A program made the translations under genes and the position numbers. Shown one piece after another: positions 1 through 9,483 of a stretch of 32,000 nt of DNA; positions within the stretch are counted from its first letter, which is position 1, and every line of letters begins with the position of its first letter. The notes beneath the pieces were generated by a model. That model searched no databases. It was not told the origin of the DNA and was given only the letters and a program-made list of their open reading frames with translations. Location of the stretch: assembly GCF_000092105.1 (NCBI RefSeq), contig NC_014148.1:2550001-2582000 (forward strand). The letters run 5' to 3'. This DNA is from Planctopirus limnophila DSM 3776 (GTDB lineage: Bacteria; Planctomycetota; Planctomycetia; Planctomycetales; Planctomycetaceae).

Positions 1-875
1 GCGTGAGCCACCAGATCGACGGGCTCCATACCCACACCATCTTCGGCCACCTGCCCACCAATCTGCCAGACACACTCCCCCTGAGAAGTAAGGTCAGAGG
101 TGATTGTCACCCGGGTTTTCGCGCCATCCACACAATGTCCATTAAGTTCCGGTAAGTCGCCGCGTGCCAGCACCATGTGCAAGGGGCGCCTCTGCATTGC
201 CGAAGTTGACAATCCGGCACGTGCCCGAAGTTCGGCATTGCCAGCACCGGCAGTCAGCACCACATGCCCGGGCCTCAAACGCAATTCTTTTCCCGATTGC
301 GGATCAACCACGCGGATGGCTTTAATCTCTCCGGGAGAATCAAGTTCAAATTCTAAATGATCAGTATCGCACTTCAGGATTCGATCCCGGTACTGATGGA
401 AGAGATCCTGAATCATCGAACAGGGAGAAATCACCTGCTCACCCAGACGAGCCACACCACCAGGTACCTGCGCCAGGCAATCCGGCCTCTCATTAGCTGC
501 GAGTTTTTCGGGAGTCACAGCCAGACCCACTCGGGCTCCGAGCATACCGACTCTCGATGAAAGGCTCTGCGTATGCCACAGGTAACAAAATTCGCTGCGA
601 ATGGTCGTGTTTTTCAGCGAAGGTAAGCCGGGAGCCCCTTGAAGAGCTTTTCGCCAGATACCGGGCATCTCACGAATCTGACTCGCTGATCGAGTCAAAA
701 TGCCCTGCAAAGTGTACTTCAGACCGCCATGCAGAATTCCCTGAGAGGCAATCGTCTGACCCGACCCCAGTTCATGGGCTTCAAAAAGGACCACGTGCTG
801 CCCTCTTCGCGAGAGCACATCCAGCAGCCACAGGCCTGCAACACCGCCCCCAAAAATGACTGTATCCAGCTTCAT
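1..875 (-). CDS. FAD-dependent oxidoreductase (DAO/GlpD-like); N-terminal ~291 codons, 3' end lies beyond the left edge
   Basis: Absent from the ORF track because there is no stop in the window. Hand translation of the minus strand from ATG at 875-873 gives MKLDTVIFGGGVAGLWLLDVLSRRGQHVVLFEAHELGSGQTIASQGILHGGLKY..., an N-terminal GxGxxG FAD/NAD fold. The frame stays open to position 1. The + strand ORFs listed here have odd Arg/Ser/Cys-rich composition. Confidence 0.8.
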   Translation of the reverse strand, partial: MKLDTVIFGGGVAGLWLLDVLSRRGQHVVLFEAHELGSGQTIASQGILHGGLKYTLQGILTRSASQIREMPGIWRKALQGAPGLPSLKNTTIRSEFCYLWHTQSLSSRVGMLGARVGLAVTPEKLAANERPDCLAQVPGGVARLGEQVISPCSMIQDLFHQYRDRILKCDTDHLEFELDSPGEIKAIRVVDPQSGKELRLRPGHVVLTAGAGNAELRARAGLSTSAMQRRPLHMVLARGDLPELNGHCVDGAKTRVTITSDLTSQGECVWQIGGQVAEDGVGMEPVDLVAH

Positions 876-1192
876 CACCACGCTCCGCGTGCCACGACCG
901 TCTCCCAGACGGATCTCAATATGTTCAGTTGTAATCACTTTCCCAAAATGTGCAAAGATCGAACATCGCTGACGGAAATGCCATTTCAGTGGCCAGCAGC
1001 GCACCTCAATGAATCTGAGGAATACTTCCCGACTCTCGATACGACTCTGACAACTTCCCATGCGTGTTACGCCCGGAATGGCTATGATGTGTGCGTCAGT
1101 TATGATCGAACCAGTTGACGGGATGAACAGAATTTTTAATCGACCGGGCAAAGCGATTGCCTGTGACTCTCCAGATATGGACAAACTCTTCC

Positions 1193-2173
1193 ATGGCGAA
1201 ATGTCTCGTAACGGGTGGCGCCGGCTTCATTGGCAGCCACATGACCAGAGCGTTATTGAATGCCGGGCACGATGTCACCATTCTCGACAATCTTTCGACC
1301 GGGCAGGAAGTGAATCTACGCCCGTTTCGGGACCATCCGCGATTCAAGCTGACCATTGGTTCGATTACCGATTCTGTGCTCCTCTCCGAAGTCATGCTCG
1401 GCCAGGAGATTGTCTTTCATCTGGCAGCTGCCGTGGGAGTCAAACTGGTCGCTGATGACCCGGTTCGCACGATTCAGACCAATATCTACCCGACTGAGGA
1501 GTTACTTCGGCTGGCGGTTCAGAACCGATGCCGGGTCTTTATGGCTTCCACCAGTGAAGTCTATGGCAAGAACCCTAAAGAGCGTTGGACCGAAGAAGAC
1601 GATCTCCAGTTCGGCCCCACCTCCAAACCACGCTGGGCTTATGGCTGCTCTAAGGCGATTGATGAATTTCTCTCGCTGGCTTACCACCGAAAGTACGACC
1701 TGCCTGTCGTGATTGGCCGTTTTTTTAACGTCGTTGGGCCGCATCAGATTGGGCATTATGGCATGGTTGTCCCACGCTTTGTCGATCAGGCACTCAAGGG
1801 TGGCCCGATTGTCATTTATGACGATGGTTCACAGGTTCGCTGTTTTGGCCATGTTGAAGAAGTGGTTCGCAGCGTGATCGATTTAATGCACACGCCGGCA
1901 GCCTTCGGGAAAGTTTTCAATATCGGTAGCGATCAGCCAGTGAGTGTTCGTCAGCTGGCGGAAAGAGTGATCGCCCTTGTCGGACGGCCTTGCGAAATCA
2001 AGCACATTCCCTACACAGAAGCTTACGGGGCAGACTTTGAAGATGTTCAACGTCGTGTTCCAGACCTGACGCGACTGGAATCCACGCTGGGCAGAAAACC
2101 CGTCCGCACACTGGATGATATCCTCAAGGACATCATTCAGTGGAAGCGGAGTAGTGACCCAGGTTCTGCCTGA
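1193..2173 (+). CDS. NAD-dependent sugar-nucleotide epimerase/dehydratase (extended SDR, UDP-glucuronate decarboxylase/4-epimerase-like)
   Basis: [16 protein letters not shown] is a GxxGxxG motif at the N-terminus. STSEVYG and YGCSKAIDE (YxxxK) catalytic motifs are present. Start trimmed from TTG 1157 to ATG 1193, which places the Rossmann motif at residues 7-13. Confidence 0.9.
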   Translation: MAKCLVTGGAGFIGSHMTRALLNAGHDVTILDNLSTGQEVNLRPFRDHPRFKLTIGSITDSVLLSEVMLGQEIVFHLAAAVGVKLVADDPVRTIQTNIYPTEELLRLAVQNRCRVFMASTSEVYGKNPKERWTEEDDLQFGPTSKPRWAYGCSKAIDEFLSLAYHRKYDLPVVIGRFFNVVGPHQIGHYGMVVPRFVDQALKGGPIVIYDDGSQVRCFGHVEEVVRSVIDLMHTPAAFGKVFNIGSDQPVSVRQLAERVIALVGRPCEIKHIPYTEAYGADFEDVQRRVPDLTRLESTLGRKPVRTLDDILKDIIQWKRSSDPGSA

Positions 2174-2199
2174 TCAAAAACGTCAGATAATGGATTGGC

Positions 2200-2217
2200 C
2201 CTCGCCTGCAAGCGAGG
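2200..2217 (+). terminator. Hairpin CCTCGC-ctgcaa-GCGAGG downstream of the epimerase gene; no U-tract
   Basis: 6-bp GC-rich stem with a 6-nt loop, 27 nt after the stop at 2173. It is not followed by a T-run, so it is only a weak terminator or attenuator candidate. Confidence 0.25.
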
Positions 2218-2289
2218 AGCTCCTGACATGCTTCTGCTTTAACGATAGCGGCTCATGTCACGACCGATGACCCGGCAAACAGGAAATGC

Positions 2290-4167
2290 ATGACGTCATT
2301 GCCACCCCTTGATCCACCAAAGACCAACGGTTCCGGTGAATTCAACACCCCAGCCGAACCTTACCTGTTCGATGCAGCGGAAGATCTGTCACCGCTGCTC
2401 AAACAGGGCCGCTCGATTGAGCCACTGGTCATTGCGATTGCCTTTCTGGCACTTCTTCAACCTCTCTCGTTGGCATCTCCCGATGTCGAAGGTTCCGCCT
2501 GGATGCTCAGAGCCGTCTCTCTGGCGAATTCAGAAAATTCCAGCGAGTGGCTCATTCCCGGAATATCCGAAAAACTTCCAGCTCGCTTTTTACCCCCTGG
2601 AATCACCTGGCTACAGGCATGTTTTCTGAAACAGTTCGGGGTGCAGAACTACTGGTATCTGCCACTCATCTCGTACCTGGCCGGTGCCTGCGGCATCTGG
2701 TGGAGCTGGCGCCTCGTTCGACTTCTGGCCGATTCCCGCATGGCGCTGATCATGGTTGTCATGCTTTCGGTGCATGGTCAACTTTTCCGGATTGTGGGAA
2801 GCGCTGCGCCCTGGGCACTTTGCTGGGCATTAACGATTGCCGCACTTTTGCTGTTCAGCCTGCATTTGAAAAAGTCACCCACATTCTGGTCATGGCGGTT
2901 AGTGGCCTCAGGAGTGCTGGTGGGCGTTGCCATCCTGTGCGGAGGCATCCTGCCACTGGCACTGATCGGCCCTGTAGGTTTAGCTTGCGGACTGCTCACC
3001 CAGATTCCTGATCCCAGATCGGCTTATACCGCTTCACCGCCAGCCCCCACGCTGGCCACTCGCGGTGTCTGGGGAACGGCCGTGGTGCTGTTGATTGGGG
3101 GAATCCTCGGCGGCTGGTGGATTTTATTCACCACAATTTCCTGGGGATGGCCCGCATTTCAAAGCTGGTTCACGGGACAATTCGTTCCTACAGAGACAAC
3201 CTCAGAACTCCTGACTCTTCATGATTTTGTTGCCACTTCTGCCCGCTTAAAAGCCCGGCACACATGGCTGGTGTGGACGGCCCCTTTAATTGGCTGGCAG
3301 ATTCTCGGGGTGCTGGTCCTCGTGAATTGGAAAGGGCATCGCTGGCCAGAGTCTATGACACAGTTCGTCAGACCCTGGTTGATCATGACAATGGCGATTG
3401 GCCTGGCAGGCTGGGGGTTCGTGATCATTCAGGATAATGAGCAACAACTCTCACTGAACATGTGGCAAACGATTCTGTTGTTTTCCACCACCATGCTGGC
3501 AGTCATTGGACTGGAATCCATTCTCAGGCGCGAAACACGGGGCAGGGCACTGGCGATGCTCTCGATCATGACCGCCATGTGGTGTGTCTGGGGGATTTAC
3601 CAGAATCGGCATATTCGATTCACCATGGCGACCGCCTCTCTGTTTCTATTGTTCTTCGCGGTGGCGGCAGGTCTCATCTGGTGGCGCACGATTCAGTTGC
3701 ATTACGAAGCCCAGCGAAGACGGGTGATTAAAATCGTAATCGCATCACTTCTGGCGATACAGTTTGTGTGGGGGTACGTCATGCTGGAGCGTCCTCAAGA
3801 AGATGTCGCGTGCCTGCAGGCGTTCACAAAGGTTCTGAGTTCTGTTGCTGCGGCTGATTCCGTCTGCATTGTTTCACCTCAAGGTGTCGTCCCACCTCAG
3901 ATCGAGCTGGCGGCACGAGTGGCACAACCTCAAGCCAGAATTTCCATTCAAGCTGAGGCTTGTGAGTTCACAGACAGCTCTCCCACGGCCAGCCACCTGG
4001 TTGTGGAATGGAGTCGTCGTGATCGCAAAGGTGTCTTCCGCGGTCCGACCGGGCATATGGTGGAATCGATCAACGAACCACTCCGCTTCCGTGGTCGCAG
4101 GCTGCTCATCTGGCAGATCCGTCCTCAAAACTCAGGGGTCTCACAGACAACAAGTAGATTGGATTAG
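2290..4167 (+). CDS. Polytopic inner-membrane protein (about 12-14 TM), possibly a GT-C type (ArnT/PMT/GT39-like) glycosyltransferase
   Basis: 625-aa ORF with ATG preceded by AGGAA. It has many hydrophobic helices, a D-x-E containing first loop (SPDVEGSAWMLRAV) and a ~110-aa hydrophilic C-terminal domain. It sits between a sugar-nucleotide SDR and a GT9 gene. The coding call is solid; the family assignment is inference. Confidence 0.75.
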   Translation: MTSLPPLDPPKTNGSGEFNTPAEPYLFDAAEDLSPLLKQGRSIEPLVIAIAFLALLQPLSLASPDVEGSAWMLRAVSLANSENSSEWLIPGISEKLPARFLPPGITWLQACFLKQFGVQNYWYLPLISYLAGACGIWWSWRLVRLLADSRMALIMVVMLSVHGQLFRIVGSAAPWALCWALTIAALLLFSLHLKKSPTFWSWRLVASGVLVGVAILCGGILPLALIGPVGLACGLLTQIPDPRSAYTASPPAPTLATRGVWGTAVVLLIGGILGGWWILFTTISWGWPAFQSWFTGQFVPTETTSELLTLHDFVATSARLKARHTWLVWTAPLIGWQILGVLVLVNWKGHRWPESMTQFVRPWLIMTMAIGLAGWGFVIIQDNEQQLSLNMWQTILLFSTTMLAVIGLESILRRETRGRALAMLSIMTAMWCVWGIYQNRHIRFTMATASLFLLFFAVAAGLIWWRTIQLHYEAQRRRVIKIVIASLLAIQFVWGYVMLERPQEDVACLQAFTKVLSSVAAADSVCIVSPQGVVPPQIELAARVAQPQARISIQAEACEFTDSSPTASHLVVEWSRRDRKGVFRGPTGHMVESINEPLRFRGRRLLIWQIRPQNSGVSQTTSRLD

Positions 4168-4170
4168 GAC

Positions 4171-4200
4171 AAAAAAAACCTGTTCAACGAAAAAAACAGA
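4171..4200 (-). terminator. Candidate rho-independent terminator of the GT9 gene
   Basis: On the minus strand, TCTGTT-tttttcgttg-AACAGG (6 bp including one G.U pair) is followed by TTTTTTTT. It lies in the 39-nt gap between convergent genes. The stem is weak. Confidence 0.4.
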
Positions 4201-4206
4201 TGAGCA

Positions 4207-5295
4207 TCAATGCGAACTCAGGATCTTCATCGCTGCGGAGGCCACCTGCTGAACAGTGACATCACGAAAACAGGCCAGATGGTTATCACCTGTCATCGGG
4301 CAATGTTTGTGATAGCCCGCCCGGCAGGGAAGTTTCGTGGAGATCAATTGATGGATGCTTCCCGGTGGGCCGGACTGCACGGGATCTGTGCAGGTGAAAA
4401 CTGCTGTGACCGGTGTCTGCATTTCCGCGGCCAGATGCATCGGCCCGGAATCATTACAGACGAGGACATTCAGTCGCGACAGTAAACTCGCCAATTGTGG
4501 TAGACTGGATTTTCCTCCCAGATCGATCATCTTCACTTGTGGGTTGACTGAGCCGATCAGTTCAGAGCACTTCCCCGTAAGTTGAGTTTCATCAGGGGCA
4601 CCCAGAATTATAAGGCTCCCTTGCGTCTGTTCGGCCAGCTCCATCGCCACTTGAGCAAAGCTCTCGACGGGCCACGATTTTGTGACCCAACGAGTTCCCG
4701 GCTGAATGCCAATCAGCGGCCTGGGCAAACTCTCCAGCCAGCTCTCGACGAGTTGCTGATCACTTTGCGGAACCACGATTGACGGCGTCGTATAACGAGT
4801 CGAAACTCCCCAAGCCTCGGCCATTTTCCAATATCGGGCATGTGCCGGGATCTGACGAGAGGTTTGATCAACCATCGCATGATAAGCCCAGGAAGAGCCT
4901 TCGCGACTCGTCTGCAAGCCAATACGGTTGGCAGAACCTGTGGACAAAGTCATGACTCCGGTACGGAGTAGACCTTGCAGATCGATGACTGAATCAAAAT
5001 CACGACTTCGCAGTTCACGGCATAACTTTAGAAACGACCAGAGACCGGCTCCTCGGTGAAATTCATAAATCTCATCGATCCAAGGAGAAAGCTGCACCAC
5101 GCGGCGTAAACCCGCGGCAATCACCCAGCCGATCGTCACATCGGGCCAGCGTTCTTTGGCAGCTCTCGCTAATGGCAAGGCTTGAACGACGTCTCCCAGA
5201 GCACTGGGTTTGATGAACAGCAAACGGCGAGGCGGATGTTGTTCCCAGAAATCATCAGCAAGCAACCTCACATTATGGCCTTTAATCGCCACCAA
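4207..5295 (-). CDS. Glycosyltransferase family 9 (ADP-heptose:LPS heptosyltransferase-like)
   Basis: RRLLFIKPSALGDVVQALPLARAAKERWPDVTIGWVI is the typical GT9 N-terminus, and NDSGPMHLAAE is the GT9 C-domain motif. There is no in-frame ATG before the conserved N-terminus, so the start is TTG 5295 or GTG 5292. Confidence 0.9.
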   Translation of the reverse strand: MVAIKGHNVRLLADDFWEQHPPRRLLFIKPSALGDVVQALPLARAAKERWPDVTIGWVIAAGLRRVVQLSPWIDEIYEFHRGAGLWSFLKLCRELRSRDFDSVIDLQGLLRTGVMTLSTGSANRIGLQTSREGSSWAYHAMVDQTSRQIPAHARYWKMAEAWGVSTRYTTPSIVVPQSDQQLVESWLESLPRPLIGIQPGTRWVTKSWPVESFAQVAMELAEQTQGSLIILGAPDETQLTGKCSELIGSVNPQVKMIDLGGKSSLPQLASLLSRLNVLVCNDSGPMHLAAEMQTPVTAVFTCTDPVQSGPPGSIHQLISTKLPCRAGYHKHCPMTGDNHLACFRDVTVQQVASAAMKILSSH

Positions 5296-5320
5296 GTTGA
5301 ATAATCACCAGCAAGCCGGA

Positions 5321-6670
5321 CTACGAAGGATTCAGGTTCGAAGCCACATCGGTCCGATAGGCCGAGACAGCGGGAATATACCCGACAATCACACCTAAAA
5401 TTGCCAGTGCAGGGAGTAGTAACCATTCCATGGCCTGGAAGGCAAATCCATTGATCAATATTCCCGTCCTGGCTGTCACCACGGGAGCTGCCGCCAGAAC
5501 CAGCAGATGACCAAGAATCAGCCCGGCAATACCGCCTCCAAGGCAGAGCAGTAGTGACTCGGTAATAATGATGCCAAAAATCGTTTCCCTTCGAGCCCCC
5601 AAGGCCCGCATGATAGCAATTTCTCGCCTTCGTTCCTGGAGCGATGAGTAGATACTCACGAAGATCCCTACTCCCGAAACAATAATAATCAGCCCAGTGA
5701 GCACCATCAGGAGAATGCGGATATTGCCAAGAATATCCGTCAAAAGCTGGTTCATCGGACGGATGGGGTTGGTGGCCTGAGCTTTGAATCCCTTCTTGAA
5801 TTCCCCTTCCATAAGACCTGCCGCCATGAGTGTTTTCGTGGTGACAAGAATGGCTGTCACTTCCTTCTGAATCATGGGAACATCATGAAAATGCTCCTCG
5901 CCGGGGGCATGATTATGGTGATCGTGTCCGCCGTAACGTTTTTCAAGTTTGCGAACTTCTTCGGCCAGTACTTCAGGTTCTAAAGGTGCCAGTCCATAAA
6001 ATTCCCGTTCTCGTTTAATGGCTTCATCAAAGGGTTTGTCGTGCCCTTGAATCTGATAGAAGCCATCGAGATTCACAAAGACGGAGCGGTCATTCGGCGT
6101 TCCTGTCGGTGCCAGAATGCCGACGACAGTGAACTTTTCATCGTGGACATGCCCGGTATCCGCCCCGCCGTGGATCATGCGGAATTGAGAACCTTCTTTC
6201 CAGCCGTTGGTCGCTGCGACTTTGGCGCCAATCACCGCATCAAAAGGCTTGCGGAGAAACGTCCCACGGACGGCAAATTCTCGATTATTCGCAAAGGGAA
6301 TTGAGAAGTACTCAGGGACTGTGCCAACAATCGGGAAGGACCCTTCTTCTGTAGTATCCCCTAACGCAATTGGAATGGCCTGTTCGACACGAGGATCTTT
6401 CTGCAGATCTTTGTAGAAGCGGAAGGGCAGATTCTCGATCGGTGGGCTGACTCGATAAATCGAACTGAGTACGAGTTGCAGCGGGCTCCCCTTTGGCCCG
6501 ACAACCAGATCGTATCCAATCGACGACTGCTGAAAGGTCGAAGCGATGACTCCATAGAGAATCATGACTGCCACCATCAGCATGACACCCAACGCCACTG
6601 ATAAACCCGTGAGAAATGAAGCCAGCGAACGCTGACTCAGACTCTTCCAGGCGATCTGAAAGATACTCAT
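5321..6670 (-). CDS. ABC transporter permease, FtsX/MacB-type (type VII), with a large extracytoplasmic domain
   Basis: One N-terminal TM, a ~270-aa hydrophilic domain, then three C-terminal TM helices with the FtsX-like pattern (EIAIMRALGARRETIFGIIITESLLLCLGGGIAG). The start overlaps the stop of the upstream ATPase gene (TGATG). Confidence 0.9.
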   Translation of the reverse strand: MSIFQIAWKSLSQRSLASFLTGLSVALGVMLMVAVMILYGVIASTFQQSSIGYDLVVGPKGSPLQLVLSSIYRVSPPIENLPFRFYKDLQKDPRVEQAIPIALGDTTEEGSFPIVGTVPEYFSIPFANNREFAVRGTFLRKPFDAVIGAKVAATNGWKEGSQFRMIHGGADTGHVHDEKFTVVGILAPTGTPNDRSVFVNLDGFYQIQGHDKPFDEAIKREREFYGLAPLEPEVLAEEVRKLEKRYGGHDHHNHAPGEEHFHDVPMIQKEVTAILVTTKTLMAAGLMEGEFKKGFKAQATNPIRPMNQLLTDILGNIRILLMVLTGLIIIVSGVGIFVSIYSSLQERRREIAIMRALGARRETIFGIIITESLLLCLGGGIAGLILGHLLVLAAAPVVTARTGILINGFAFQAMEWLLLPALAILGVIVGYIPAVSAYRTDVASNLNPS

Positions 6671-7371
6671 CAGTTGACTCCCATGCTGTACGGTGTCGAT
6701 GTCGAGGTTGCGGCCTGATTAAAACTGGCAAGTCGTTCGACGCGGCTGAATTGGCTGGCGACTTCTGACGTATGTGTCACCAGCAGCAAGGTGACATTGT
6801 TCTCGCGGCAAGTGGTTTGCATCAGTTCCAGAATGGCCTGTTGATTGGGCCCGTCGACGTTGGCTGTCGGTTCGTCAGCCAAGAGCAGCCGCGGCGTTTT
6901 TGCCAATGCACGAGCCACTGAAACCCGCTGCTGCTGGCCCACAGAAAGCTGCGATGGCCGGTAATGCAGACGATCTCCCAGCCCGACGCGCCCCAGTAAC
7001 TCGATTGCCAGATGACGATTGGCAGGCTGGGAGGAAAAACTCATTCCCAATAGAACATTTTCGAGTGCGGTGAAGGCTCCCAAAAGATTAAATGTCTGGA
7101 AGACATAACCAATCCGTTCCGATCGAAAACGATCCCGAACTGGTTCGAGCATTCGGGTAATCTCAACCCCACCGACAGTGACCGTTCCTGAATCGGGTGT
7201 CGTAATGCCGGCAGCCACATTCAGCAGAGTCGTCTTGCCACTGCCACTCGTCCCGACCAGTGCCACCTGTTCTCCCTGATCCAGCGAAAAGGCTGGAATA
7301 TCGAGAATCACTTGCGCAGCACCTGTGGGCGTGACATACGCCTTGCGAATCTGGTTGAGAATCAGCGACAT
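6670..7371 (-). CDS. ABC transporter ATP-binding protein (MacB/LolD-like)
   Basis: Walker A GTSGSGKTTLLN, signature LSVGQQQRVSVARAL, Walker B LLLADEPTANVD. Start moved from TTG 7386 to ATG 7371 (MSLILNQIRKAY). Confidence 0.92.
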   Translation of the reverse strand: MSLILNQIRKAYVTPTGAAQVILDIPAFSLDQGEQVALVGTSGSGKTTLLNVAAGITTPDSGTVTVGGVEITRMLEPVRDRFRSERIGYVFQTFNLLGAFTALENVLLGMSFSSQPANRHLAIELLGRVGLGDRLHYRPSQLSVGQQQRVSVARALAKTPRLLLADEPTANVDGPNQQAILELMQTTCRENNVTLLLVTHTSEVASQFSRVERLASFNQAATSTSTPYSMGVN

Positions 7372-7642
7372 GGCCAACCTTTGCAAAGTCGATTCGAGTC
7401 TCGATCAGAGATCATCATTATCTCAAGCAGTGAATCGTTGAATCTGTGGATTATTCAATCGTTTTCATGAATACAAGGCCTGAAATACATAACGACATGA
7501 GGTCTGATGTCGTGAGAATCTTTCTGCAGCAAACGTACTCTCCAACACACGCATTTACCATCATCAACAGCCGACTTTCACTCTCATCAGTCATAGGAGG
7601 TCTATGATTCAGAAATCTGCAGTACAGAAAGCCGAATCTATC

Positions 7643-9178
7643 TCAGACCGAAGAGACGGGCTCAACTTCCAGCACAGTCACAGGTGGCGTGTGAAGGGAA
7701 GCATGGATCCCGCCACCCACCAGATCAGGTTCCACCACTCTCATCGATTTCCATTTCCCCCCCAGGAAACGAAACATGAAGCCTAAGCCCATCACCATGA
7801 TGTACACCGAGCAATACGCCCAGCACATCGACAACGTGGGTTTGTACCAGCCAAAAAGAATCACCGTGGGAGCAATCAACAATGCCAGGACGCATATCAG
7901 AGTGAAGATCATCGAAAATCGAGTATCTCCGGCACCGCGAATGGCAGATCCAAACACAATCGCCAGCGTGTCGAAAAATGAATAAGCTGCCACAAACCAC
8001 AGCAATTGAATGACGACAACCTTCACTTCGGCAAAGTCTTCCCCATGGGCCTTCCATTCGTAAGGCGCCAATAGAAGCTGGGGAAGAAACAGATAAATTC
8101 CGCTGCAAAAGAGGATGTATCCCACAGAAAGTCCGACAGCCAGCCAGGTGGTTCTTGCTGCGAGATCTGGCCGACCTTCGGTAATCCGCATACCTACCAA
8201 AGTCGAAACAGCAATCCCCAGGCCAATCACAGGAATGAAAGCCAATGTGTTCAAATTGAAAGCCAGATTGGTCGCCACCTGTTCGGCTTTGCCCAGCCAG
8301 CCAATCGCATTCATAAAAAACGCCCAGCCAGAGACATCGATCAGGAGCAGCAAGCCGACGGGAAATCCGTAATAGAGCATGCGGAGCGTCAACTCCCGGT
8401 CAAATCCGTGATGCTTCCAGAACTGATAGCGACTGGCAATCGAAGGCCAGAACAATAACCCGCCAAGTGCGACACAGGTCGTGATGTTGGCGATGACATC
8501 TGTCAGTGCACCGCCAGCGATCCCCATTTCTGGAATTGGGCCCCACCCAAAGATAAACGCATAATCGAGCACGGCGTTAAAGGCGACACTGACGACGTTG
8601 ACGAACATGACGACAGTGGTCTTGCCGCGACCAGTGAAAAAAGTCCCTAGAATCGTCGCCAGAACGGTCGGAACTCCTCCCAGCAGAAGTATCGACAGAT
8701 AGGTCGATTCATGCCTTTGAATTTCAACATCATGACCAACCATTGCGAAGAACATGCCCGAAAATGGAGCGAGCAGCATCAGCAATCCGCCGCTGATCAA
8801 AGCAAAATAAAAGCCTTGCCACATGGTAGCGGCGACACGATCCGGCCTGACAGCACCTTCATACTGCGCCACGAAAGTATTCACATAGGAGCCCATACCA
8901 TGAAAAATCGAGAGGACTGCCCAGAAAATGATCCCCGCAGGAAGAGCCGCAGCAACTTCATCAACGTGGTGCCAAGTCAGATAAATACGGTCAATAATGT
9001 GCATCAGCGATTGAGAACCGGCACTGATCACCATCGGGATGGCAATCATCAACAGTTCACGCATGGAGCCGGGCTGAGGCTGGTTGACCAGACGTTCGGT
9101 GCTGGCCACTCGCTGCTCCTCACTCTTCGCTGGATGGCCCTCAAGTGGGTTTGTCATACAGTCCGTGGTTGTCGCCAT
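7643..9178 (-). CDS. MATE family efflux transporter
   Basis: 511 aa with 12 predicted TM helices. MRELLMIAIPMVISAGSQSLMHIIDRIYL is the characteristic MATE N-terminal motif. ATG start. Confidence 0.9.
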   Translation of the reverse strand: MATTTDCMTNPLEGHPAKSEEQRVASTERLVNQPQPGSMRELLMIAIPMVISAGSQSLMHIIDRIYLTWHHVDEVAAALPAGIIFWAVLSIFHGMGSYVNTFVAQYEGAVRPDRVAATMWQGFYFALISGGLLMLLAPFSGMFFAMVGHDVEIQRHESTYLSILLLGGVPTVLATILGTFFTGRGKTTVVMFVNVVSVAFNAVLDYAFIFGWGPIPEMGIAGGALTDVIANITTCVALGGLLFWPSIASRYQFWKHHGFDRELTLRMLYYGFPVGLLLLIDVSGWAFFMNAIGWLGKAEQVATNLAFNLNTLAFIPVIGLGIAVSTLVGMRITEGRPDLAARTTWLAVGLSVGYILFCSGIYLFLPQLLLAPYEWKAHGEDFAEVKVVVIQLLWFVAAYSFFDTLAIVFGSAIRGAGDTRFSMIFTLICVLALLIAPTVILFGWYKPTLSMCWAYCSVYIMVMGLGFMFRFLGGKWKSMRVVEPDLVGGGIHASLHTPPVTVLEVEPVSSV

Positions 9179-9377
9179 GAAGATAATTACTCAGGAAAAT
9201 CTGCTCTTAGAAGTACGGCATAGGGGACGGACTGACAAGGTTGCCGTCCTTTGGTTCAATCAGATCTGAAAAAAGCTCATCATTTTCTTAGAATCGTGTT
9301 CTTCAAATCGAGCCAGACTTCGACCTTGCCTGAAGACTTCAATTGTCAGACGATCTGAAGCAAAGGATCTTGTCTGC

Positions 9378-9405
9378 GTGTTCGTCCAGTTGTGTGTTCG
9401 TCCAG
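9378..9405. repeat. Tandem direct repeat GTGTTCGTCCAG x2 (4-nt spacer) in a divergent promoter region
   Basis: The exact 12-mer occurs at 9378-9389 and 9394-9405, between the MATE gene start (9178, minus) and the 9484 gene start (plus). Confidence 0.6.
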
Positions 9406-9483
9406 AACTGCGCCATCATGAACAGATGAGACTCATGTTTCATCGTGAGTGTTCAATCCCTTTTTGTGAAAGCATTTCCTGCG

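Noticed and set aside
100-1118. Series of + strand ORFs (100-360, 357-560, 557-859, 729-1118) in the supplied track
   Set aside because: They are shadow frames of the minus-strand FAD oxidoreductase (1-875) or lie in the divergent promoter. Their translations are Arg/Ser/Cys/His-rich with no motifs, whereas the minus frame gives a clean GxGxxG flavoprotein N-terminus.
9225-9261. tRNA-like T-loop string GGTTCAATC next to a hairpin; also GGTTCGAAC at 31867-31875
   Set aside because: No cloverleaf can be drawn: the 13-nt loop fits neither a D-arm nor an anticodon arm, and there is no acceptor stem. The second string lies inside the hydrolase coding frame.
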